DNA from: Patellaria atrata CBS 101060
Taxonomy: Eukaryota
Length of the DNA stretch: 33,869 bases
Direction of reading: 5' to 3'
Assembly: GCA_010093705.1 (NCBI GenBank)
Contig: MU006100.1
Span: forward strand, 248,001 to 281,869
Shown here piece after piece: positions 12,534 through 22,200 of this stretch. A program made the position numbers and the translations under genes. The number at the start of each line of letters is the position of its first letter. Position 1 is the first letter of the stretch. The notes below the pieces were generated by a model. That model was given only the letters and a program-made list of their open reading frames with translations, had not been told where the DNA came from and ran no database searches.

Positions 12534-14610
12534 CTACTCCTCCACCGCCCTCTCCTTCCCCTTCCCCTTCCCCTTCCCCTTCCCAATCAACCCCTCCACA
12601 GCCCCAACAGTCCTCACGATCTCCGCCACCCCCAACCCGGCCATCTGCGCCACCTCCTCGTAAAAAAGCCGCGCCGGCCCCTCCAGCTCGTCCGAGGTGC
12701 GGTAGACGCGGTGGTTCTGCCCCGGTCGCAGTATTGAGCCTATAGTCGTAGTGTCGCCGGGTGTACCCGAGGGGATGGGGATGGGGATGGGCTTGACGAT
12801 CTCGAGGCCCCTCTGCACGGTCGCGAGACGGGCTACTTTGGGATGTTCCTCGCTCTCCCTGTCTTTCCCCCCTTCCCTGTCTTTGGCCCCTTCCCTGTCT
12901 TTCCGCCCTTCCCTGTCTTTGCCCCCTTCCCTGTCTTTGCCCCCTTCCCTACCCCCGCCACCGCCCCCGCCGTCCGCGCTGTGGGGGTTTGTAGGAGGAT
13001 CAACGGGAAACATTCCCCACAGCGCGGAGCGGAAATCGCTCTTCCGCTCCCGGGTCCCGAGGGCCTCGGTGCAGAATATCGAGGCGTAGAAGGACATGTA
13101 GGCGTCTAGTTCCTCGGGGGTTAGGGTCAGCACGTCATGTTCTGTGACTTCCATTGCTTGTTTAAAGGGGAGGACGGGGGTTGTTTCCGCGATTTGGGCT
13201 TCGTAGGTGGATTTTGCGGTGGCCCAGGTGGTCCAGTCGATTGACGCGGTGGAGGGGTGGGTGGGGGTTGTTGGGGTGCGGGTGGTGGTGGTGGTATTGG
13301 GAGGGAGGGGAAAGGGGAACAGGAGTCCAGTGGCGATGATCAGCAGGGAGAGGAGTTGGATATCAGGGTGCACGAGCAGCGCATGACCCCTCTTCGCCCT
13401 CGTTTTCGGCGTTGTCGGGTTCGGGTAACTGAAGGTGTAGCCTACACTTTCTGCTAGGGAGAGCACGAGGGGGTATACGTCTATGGGGAGAGCGAGGTCG
13501 ATCAGGTGGCGGAGGAAGAGTTGCGGATACGGCAGGGCGGGGAGAGTCATTTTATACGATTCCCGGTAGAATAGTACAATGGAGTGGATGGAGGCGTAGA
13601 GTCTTGTGGCGCGGAGAACAGAGGACGGCTCGAAGGATTCGATATAGTGGCTCGGAAGCCGCTTTTTCATCTCAGTGGGGAGGGTTCGGCCGGCGCGGTA
13701 GTAGAGGAGTTCGCCGTCTGTGACCCATTTGTAGAGGTCGCCGATGGTGATGGGGAGGTGGAGGAGGAGGGAGCTTAGGTATAGCAGAGCGAGCGTGTCG
13801 AGAAGGGGAGGGAGTGATTCGGGATTCCGGCCTGTGCGTGTACGAGGCGGTTTGGGTGTCTCGGTCTCGGGGTCGCTGGGACCTTCGGATTGGGAGCTGT
13901 ATAAAGGGGTTTGAGAGGCTGTGTCGTCGCCGGCTTCGAGGCGGGCGGAGAGGGGTTTGAGGCGGAGAGCCCAGAGGTCGCGTACGGTGATCTGGATGTC
14001 TGTTAGGGACTGATCTGTACTATACGAATTGTATAGATTGGGGGGGGGAGGGGGAGTGGGGGTGTTTGTATGGTACCTCGAATTCCTTGGGGAAGCGCTT
14101 CTTGTCCACAAGCCATCTAGTTTGCCGCCAGAGTATCAGCTGGTAGCACTGGAGATACAGTTCTAAGGCTGCTGGACCGGTGTATTCTGTATTTCAAAGT
14201 TAGCGATTGTATAGTCGTAGGCATGTACAGTATTTTCAATCCCACTCCGCCATACACACTAGACAGTCACTGATTCTCATGCTCTTTCTGTATTATTCTG
14301 TACAAAGGGTATTGACTTACGTTGCGCCACAGTCTCCCTTTTCACCCTCTCCTTCCTCGTCTTCTTCCCCTGCATACCGTACTGGTCTTCATCTTCCAGA
14401 GTTGCTAGTGTACCCTTGAGTCTATTAGCTCCGAGTTTTGAAAAGTTACTTAACGTTGCATAATTTTGCACCAAAGAGTATATGTTTAGTCCATACCTCT
14501 TGACGATGATCATTGTCACAATACGTATATCCATCATCGGCTGTATAGAATTTTTGTGAAGGACAATTTCCCCAGTCGCATCGTCGGCCAGTACGTCTAC
14601 GGTGCGACAT
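12534..14610 (-). CDS. RRN7: RNA polymerase I core factor subunit Rrn7 (TAF1B) (~591 aa). Exons 14610-14497, 14414-14321, 14186-14077, 13991-12534
   Basis: Reconstructed N-terminus MSHRRRTGRRCDWGNCPSQKFYTADDGYTYCDNDHRQE (C-x4-C-x14-C-x3-H zinc ribbon). It continues LYLQCYQLILWRQTRWLV....FP.EFEITVRDLWAL and DTLALLYLSSLLLHLPITIGDLYKWV, typical of Rrn7 cyclin-fold 1. The introns keep the frame. Confidence 0.9.
12555..12583. repeat. (TTCCCC)n hexamer microsatellite encoding (GK)n at the Rrn7 C-terminus
   Basis: About 5 tandem TTCCCC units, translating as GKGKGKGKGK. A (GGGGAT)3 repeat encoding IPIPIP lies at about 12771-12790. Confidence 0.9.
12856..12950. repeat. 18-bp coding minisatellite, ~5.3 copies (TCCCTGTCTTTNNNCCCT), encoding (REGGKD)n in Rrn7
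   Basis: Units are directly visible: tccctgtctttcccccct / tccctgtctttggcccct / tccctgtctttccgccct / tccctgtctttgccccct / tccctgtctttgccccct / tccct. Confidence 0.95.
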
Positions 14611-15102
14611 TATTCGCTTGCGATTTCACGCGACGTGATGAGGCCTACCCACTACTTTTATGCACTTTTGATGTTTTGGAAGCGCAGCGAAAGTTGTACC
14701 GAGGGCCAAGTTGAAGTACAGAGTCAAATCTATTTCAGTCACAATCTTGACATCTGATATCCACGGTTCGAGTTTGCTATAGTTCTATGACGTAACCGGT
14801 CAATATTTCGCATCACATTCTGCTCGTAATCAATGATTTAAGGTGATCCAAGATAACTTTTATTCTAGGAGAAGTGTACAGTTTCTGACGCTCTCCAAGA
14901 CTAAATAGGATCAATGCAAGCCCAATCCTCCGCTCATGAGTCATCAATACCTAACAAGGTCTTGCTGGTAATCAAGACGAAAAGAGACGAAAACACGTGA
15001 AAATACATTTGTGTCATAGTCGATATCGACGGAAATAACACAGAATAGTATCTCTCGCGAAAACAACCCCAAATATTCCCCAAATGTGCCAACCCCAACC
15101 CT

Positions 15103-15844
15103 CTAACCGCGAGGAGCTTCCTTGGCATCGATAGCAGTCTCTTCACCCATAGCAGTAAGGACAATGACGTCTGAACGACTTGTTAGTATACCGGTTCACA
15201 TTTGAGAATATTCCAGACACTTACTGGTGTCCTTGCCATCCTCGGTGAAAAGTTTCTTGATCTTATCGCCAACTTCACCCTCGGGAACTTTAACATCATC
15301 CTTGGTATCACCGGCATCGGTCATAAGAGAGAGGAAACCATCGTCGGTGACGTCAAGCTAAAAGAGATGATATATTAGCGACTGTTGTTGTACAGGACTG
15401 ATGAAAATACGTACAAGCTGATATTCGGTGCGACGGACGTTAGGGACATCCATATTGTGAGTGGAAGGGCAAAGTTCTTCAAGCTTCTTGCCAGTGAAGA
15501 TGTCAATGGCGACGAGATGGACCTTTGCGTGACCGTGCTTGCCAGTCTTGGAGGTGGACATTTCAACGATCTTGCAGGGACGGTTCTTGATGACGACGAA
15601 ACCGTTCTTCCTCAAGGCAGAGCACTGCATGGGAAAGGTGGTAGAGGCACCGGCATCGGCGCTCTCGAAGGTGTGTTGCTCATGCTATTGCGACCATGTT
15701 AGCTGCTGTTTCTGTGATATTCATTATGCCATTGTCGATTGTGGTGCGCGCGTGTCAGGCAGCGATGGGATGAAAGGCGGGGCAGATGGAGGGGTCAAAA
15801 GGTTGTTGGAGAGTGAATCCTACCTGCGCGTCGTTGTCGGCCAT
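15103..15844 (-). CDS. HYP2: Translation elongation/termination factor eIF5A (163 aa). Exons 15844-15824, 15684-15415, 15357-15225, 15170-15103
   Basis: [64 protein letters not shown]...EAPRG*. Contains the invariant hypusination loop [12 protein letters not shown], three canonical introns and strong codon bias. Confidence 0.99.
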
Positions 15845-16303
15845 GATGAAATGAGTGTCAGTTAAATCGAACTATGTGGCAAATAAATGCAACAAGAAGA
15901 ACAGGCTGAAAAGTTGAGGGAGGATGAGTTGAGTGGGCTGTTGTGTGTGAAGAGAAACAAAAAGTTGAGACCTGAGGGTGGAACAAAAGTTGTGCGGCGG
16001 GTCAGAAGGGAAAAAGGCGAAATTCCTCTAGACTCGATTGAGCCTCAGATGCGCCACATCTCCGGCAAGCGGGTTTGCATCTTTTGTCTGTTCCGTGAGA
16101 GGCTCGGACGGTCACTTGTTATTCCGCTCCGACCTCTGCACCTCATGCCAATCCCCTACCTTAGCAGTCGATAACTATGTATACAAACTGTAAGGAGCAA
16201 TCATAAAACAAACACAGAACTTACAGCTACTAACCCCTGAAGAAGCGAATAAGATATTCAAAATCCTCTAAATGTCAAGCTGGGCTATATCGCTGCTAAC
16301 ACC
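15845..16303. promoter_or_regulatory. Divergent promoter region between eIF5A and VPS52
   Basis: 459 bp separate the head-to-head ATGs, with a pyrimidine-rich leader on the eIF5A strand. Confidence 0.55.
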
Positions 16304-18442
16304 ATGTGGCTTGACAGATTCTCCCATCAGTCAACACCTTCAGGGACACCACCTCCCCAAGCCAGACCATATTCTCCTGCTCCGTCACGAAGACCATATC
16401 TCACTCCCGGGACTTTACCCGTTAGACCAGGTTTAAGTCCGAGATCCTCTTCTCTATCCCTCGTATCTGCCAACGTCTCCACAGCAAGTCTTCCCTCCAC
16501 GGTACGAATACCAAATGGATCAGGTTTGAGACAACAAATCGCTAGGACACCACCTAGTGGCATACAAGATCCATCAAAAGTGCTAGAAGATATATTCGGA
16601 AAGCCTCCGAGGAAGGGTTACCAGGATGACAGTAGTGACAAAAAGGTAGAGACGGAGAAGCCTTCAGAGCTAGTAGAGGATATCGACTTCGACGGGTTGA
16701 GCTTGGAAGCATTTGCGGAAAGGCAGGATACGCAATCTCGGGTAACGGCAATTGTACATAATTATAGCGCTCAATCAGTTGAAGAATGTATGTTTTATCC
16801 TGGATAGACCCCATCATGCCTTTGCTCATGCGTGTTATATAGTCGACAAGGAGAATGATAAATTCGAAGATCTTCATCGATCCATCCTAGCGTGTGATGA
16901 TGTCCTAAAATCCGTCGAGACATATTTGACCGGCTTCCAAGCAGACTTGGGCGCAGTGTCTGCTGAAATTGAAACACTCCAATCTCGATCAACTACTCTA
17001 AATACTAAGCTCGAAAACCGTAAGGTCGTTGAAAAGCTCCTTGGCCCAGCAGTTGAAGATATAACCATATCACCCGCAGTGGTTCAAAAGATTTCTGAAG
17101 GTCCGATCGATGCTGCATGGAATAAGGCCCTAGCAGAGTTAGAAAAGAGATCTAAAGCCATCGACGCACGTCTAAAAGAACCAAATGTCATCCAAGCTGT
17201 ACGAGACCTTAAGCCTCTATTAGACGATCTCACCAACAAGGTAAAATACCCCCCATATACTCCCCATACCAGACTAACCACCAAACCTAGGCCATCGAAC
17301 GCATCCGCGACTACCTCGTTGCTCAAATAAAGGCTCTCCGCTCCCCCAACATCAACGCCCAAATCCTTCAACAACAAAATTTCCTCGCCCACAAGGACCT
17401 CTCCGCCTTCCTCTCCCGTCACCACCCCCAACTCGCCGACGAAATCCGTCAAGCCTATATCAACACCATGCGCTGGTACTACCTGCACCACTTCACACGG
17501 TACCGGCAAGCACTCGAGAAGTTAAAGTTGTACCCGGTAGACGCACACTGGGTGCTTGCCGCAGACGAAAGCAGCGTAAAACAGCGCTCATCCGCCAAAA
17601 GCACAACAACAGGACCCTTCGACCCCTTTTCCCTCGGACGACGCATGGACATCCTCCGAAGCAACAAAAACTCCGCATTACCAAGCCACCTCGCCGAAGA
17701 CGACAAAAGCGCCCACTTCCTCGAAACGCCCTTCCACTCCTTCAACCTCGCGCTCCTCCACAACTGCACCTTCGAACACACCTTCCTCTCTACCTTCTTC
17801 AGCGGCACCCACGCCACCACCTCCCGCGCCTTCGACGTCATCTTCGCCCCGACCCTCTCCCTCGCCCACTCACTCACCAAAGCCCTCCTCGACTCCACGT
17901 ACGACGCGCTGGGCCTCCTCATCGCGGTGCGGCTGAACCAACGCGTCGCATTCGCCCTCCAGCGCGCCAAGATCCCCTGCTTAGACGGCTACGTAAACGG
18001 CACGGCGATGCTCCTCTGGCCTCGCTTCCAGCAAGTCATGTCCGCCCACACCGACTCCACTCGCAAGTTCACCGCAGCTCTATCCTCCAGACCGCCAGCC
18101 TCATCCCTGCTCTCGTCCTCGTCCTCCGCCGCCGCCGCCCAGTCCACGGCCCCGCACCCCCTGACTCAACGCTTCTCCAACTTCGCGCATGGCATCCTGG
18201 CCCTTTCCGCCGAAGCTGGCGATGAGGAACCCGTTGGCATGAGTCTTGATCGTCTGAGGACCGAGTTCGAGAACGCGCTGCTGAAATTGAGTAAAGGCAT
18301 CGCTGGGAAAAATAAGCCGGAAAGGTTTCTCGCGAATAATTATAGTCTCGTTGGGACGATTTTGGAGGGTGTGGAGGGGCCGCGGGCGGAGAGGATGAGG
18401 GCGCGGTTTCGGGAGCTGAGGGAGGGAGTCGAGGGCGGTTGA
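16304..18442 (+). CDS. VPS52: GARP complex subunit Vps52/Sac2 (~677 aa). Exons 16304-16787, 16843-17240, 17291-18442
   Basis: DLHRSILACDDVLKSVETYLTGFQADLGAVSAEIETLQSRSTTLNTKLENRK, AIERIRDYLVAQIKALRSPNINAQILQQ, AYINTMRWYY, YDALGLLIAVRLNQ, MLLWPRFQ, PHPLTQRF and FLANNY are Vps52 signature segments. Two frame-preserving introns. Confidence 0.96.
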
Positions 18443-18681
18443 AGGTGTGAGCGTACAGTTGCGGAACTGTGGGCCTTTTTTTTTTCTTTTGTTTTCGGGA
18501 GGCGTGATGTTGAGTTTGGCCGAGGAAAAAAAATAGTTATACTATAATCAATACAATCCCCCTCCCAGCCTTATACCCTCCTCATATACGTATCTGCATA
18601 TCATCTTTCCCTGTACTTCAAACCCCAAAACATTAACAGACAGCCCAATCTCCACCAAAAGCCAAAAAAAAAAATTAAAAA

Positions 18682-18844
18682 CAGTTTTCACGCTCTCCTA
18701 AGAGGGCGTGGTACATCTGCTGCCCCTGCTGGAGCCCGATGGGAGATAATGGGGGCAAGTTGCCCCCTCGGGGAGTCGACCCCCGGGGTTATCGATATTA
18801 CTTAGTGGCGCTACCACTAGGCCACTCCAGGGATTATGGAACTG
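18682..18844. ncRNA. Candidate structured non-coding RNA / tRNA-derived Pol III element (unidentified; strand unresolved)
   Basis: Seven nested helices within about 165 nt. The minus strand carries A-box TGGCCTAGTGG (18824-18814), a B-box-like GGGTCGACTCC (18782-18772) and T5/T11 runs (18681-18664). It matches no snRNA, rRNA or canonical tRNA I recognise. Confidence 0.6.
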
Positions 18845-19257
18845 GGTGCGAATTTGTTAGTTATAAAGTACTGGTGCTAGGTTAGGGTTTGAGAGGGGGG
18901 GGTCGCGTGATGGAGGTGAGGTATTTGGGGTTGTTTGTTTATATGCAGATAGGGGATTGTGGGGGTAGAGGGTACTGGGATTGTTTTTTTTATGGAGTTG
19001 TGAAGGAGGATTTTATATGGGGTAGTAGCTATGCAGTTGCTTGAGAGGTACTTTATTTATTAAATCTATAGTTGGATGTTTTATACTACACTAGCTGTCT
19101 AAGCCCACCGTGAAAAAGTCAACTTCGCTGACACGAGCGTCACCCTAATACATCACATAGACATCCCAAACGCCAATATACCGCCGATCCGTCACTATGA
19201 TAGCTCACACCCCGAACTCCTTCTTACAACGATAATATTACACCCAAACAACCCAAC

Positions 19258-22200
19258 TCACCCCCTCGAACTCCCCAAAATCTTCCCATACGCATCCTCC
19301 ACCTCTTTCGCAACTTCCAACAAACTCACAATAACAATCTGATGCGTGACATTCGGCAACCTATCCCTCTGTAGACCGATCCACTCCAGCGGCGGCGTGG
19401 CCTCACCCATATCCCTTAACTGCGGGGTTTCGATAACCGGGGGCTCGAGCGCCAGATACTCGTACTTCGACTGTGGCAGCTTAACCTCCGCCGTGATCTT
19501 GTTCTTTTCAAGGGATGGTTGTTTAGTCAAGTCTCCGCCGTCCTTGTCCTCGGAGGTGCGGATCTTGACTGCGGATTCGGGGAGAGGCTTTCCGAGACGG
19601 GATGCGAGGGTGTGGGAGTGCGTGCTCCACATTGAACGGATCGTGCTGATGCGGGAGTAGTTCCATCCGACGTCGACTTTGCCCTCGAAGGAGGACTTGA
19701 AGATGTAGTCGATGTGGTTGGTGTCGGGCGCTTGCCAGGTCTGCATTGATGCGATCACTTTCGGGACACGGAGGATAGTGCCGCCCTTTGCGGCTGCAGC
19801 GTTCAAGACGACGTCTTCAACTGTCACGTCACCGAGGGTCTTTGCGGTCTTAGGGTTAGAGATGGAAGCGAGGGCTATACTGAGTTGGCCGAGCGTGAGA
19901 CCGAGGCCGCTGTGAATCTTGTTCTCTTTTAATGCTACAGCAAACCGAGCTTGCGCATCAGATGCATCGAGTAGAAAGACTGCTTTGTCGAAGAAGCTAC
20001 CTGGGAAAATACCCACACGAAGAGATTTAAGAGTAACTACTACGTCTGATTGCAACGAGATTGGTGCTTTCATCTCATTGCTAGCTGGAGAAGGAGCGAT
20101 GATCTGTTGCGATCCCATCCTGGACGGCAAAATAGAAGACTTGCGTCGTAGATATTTCTCAATGTCACGTAGTGACTGGTCATAAGCCGCCTTATTCTCC
20201 TGCACCAGTCTTTCTAAGGCTTGTAGGAGGGCCAGTCCTTGCGAAGCACTTACTGCCGTGCAGAATACTGATACTCTTCCTCCGTCGAGAATAGCAACAA
20301 GCCTATCAGCAGACGTCGAGTCTTCCCTATGGACATTATACATAATAAACCCGAAGGATGTGACATCTGCAATTGCGAAAGCTTGGTAGTCAAACGCCAC
20401 CTTGACACGCAAGTGGTCAAATCCCGCTGAAGCTTGAATGAGAGGCGAGAATTGCTTTTGTTCGTTGTTCGATGGCCACTTGATCGATGTGCGGACTTTC
20501 ACTCCAGACAGGTTCACAAATCCACTCATCCTTCCAGCCGCGTCGATACCGATTTTCTCTACGCCGACACATAGATTGGACTCCCAATCCGAGCTCTTTC
20601 TAGATGAAGCCCACATATTTGTGATCGACCAAGAGGTCTTTCCAATCGCTTGGCCGAGGTCAACATCAACAACTAGATCTGAAATTGAAATAGTTGCGTT
20701 CCATCGGAAAGGAGTAGTTTGCGCAACTTGCTGATATCGTTGTACAAGATATTCTTGCGGCCCAGTGGTTGTTGCTGTGGTGGATTCTTTCGGTGATTGT
20801 CGAGCTTCCGGTGGAATCCAAATCTCTCTGAAGAGAAGAAAGTCCTGTAATTGTCTTGCATTTATTTGCGTACGTACGGGATTTATTCGCAGAATAGCTG
20901 AAACACCGCTCTTGCCGCTAAGATGTTTACTGTTCATCAAGGAAAGAATTATTGAATCAACGTCAAATGAAAATGTCGAGTCTCTCGAATAGACATGCTG
21001 TACAGATGCTTGGAGCTTGTCACAGGTAGCTGATACAGCGAAAAAGTGGCCTTGGTCGTCGGACCTCACGCTATTAGCGGTAATGTATACATCGTTAAAC
21101 TTCATGGTTGCAGCTACTCGGGCCATTGGTTGACAACTCAGACTGAACTCTTGTCTGCAGATTCGAACGCCAATGTTGAGTCTTGTCTTTCCAAGGATTG
21201 TGCTCGGATCTGCTGTGATTATACTATCCTCGTTCATCAAATTTTCTTGGACTCTTGGTTCCAGGAATTCCTTGGGTGAAATACTCTTCTCATCCTTGTT
21301 TTGAACGACTTGTTGGATGCTATTCGAGATATCCATGACCAGCGGAACGAACGTCGGATAGAGCGTATTGACCGATGGGTTGATCCTCAATTCAGCATTC
21401 AGAGTAGAATCCATATCTGTATCCTTATACTCCACCTTAAGCGCTACGCCGGGAGCACGTAACATAGTAGATGAATTTGACCCTTCGTTCACAAATTGTC
21501 CGTATCGACCAGATTGTGTTGTAAGCCCTTCTTTCAACCCTCTTGGTTTCATTCCACTACGTCCTGATCCTCGTTTACCATGTAAGTGAACAACTGCTCC
21601 TGCAAAATTTGCATCAATAAGCAGCGACCCCAATTTCTTCTTACCAAAGGGGTTACGTCTATCTGCACCGGTTGTAGTTGGTGTCTTTGTCCACGATGCA
21701 GTAACGGCCTGGACCTTGGTTGTCGACAAGCATATAGACTTGTATAAGATATTCGCGGGTACAACAAAACGGGACTCTAGTTGCAGATCGAGAGATTTTC
21801 CCCCTGCGTAGATGGCAAAGTTACGGTCTGCAGAAGAAGACCAATATACAACGTTGAAGATGACTTCGGGAAGCAGAGCGGAATTCATGGACCGTTGGCG
21901 TTTATCCTGAGATAATGGTACCATTTGGAGGCGTAAGTCTTCTATCTTCAGGCCTGCCGCATTTCCTCTTTTGCTAGAGAGGTCAATCTTCTTGAATGAC
22001 AATACTAAGTCTTCGACATCCATCCCGGATGAACCTGGGACAGAATTACCCACAATCCAACATATTTGTATCCCGGTCAGTTCTACTTGGAATGCTGATC
22101 TAAAAAGAGCACTAGATACGCTGCTATCGTCATCATTTACGCCGTCCTCCTTTGGAAGTAGAGATGTTTTCCGTTTGGGCGCCTGCAGTCTACGCAAATA

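Noticed and set aside
12856..12950. Regular repeats as a CRISPR-like array
   Set aside because: Contiguous 18-bp tandem units with no spacers, in frame within a eukaryotic CDS.
14040..14062. G-tract as a functional G-quadruplex
   Set aside because: It lies in RRN7 intron 3 within a generally G-skewed block and is explained by local composition.
18682..18860. HDV-like ribozyme suggested by GCGAA at 18848-18852, or a canonical tRNA gene
   Set aside because: No P1/P3/P1.1 double-pseudoknot arrangement can be built, and there is no anticodon stem-loop or proper cloverleaf.
18880..18890. Telomere-like GGTTAGGGTTT (AAACCCTAACC on the minus strand) as a telomerase RNA template next to the structured element
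   Set aside because: Only ~1.5 repeat units in a G/T-rich tract. The whole spacer is ~815 bp, shorter than known Pezizomycotina telomerase RNAs, and I saw no pseudoknot.
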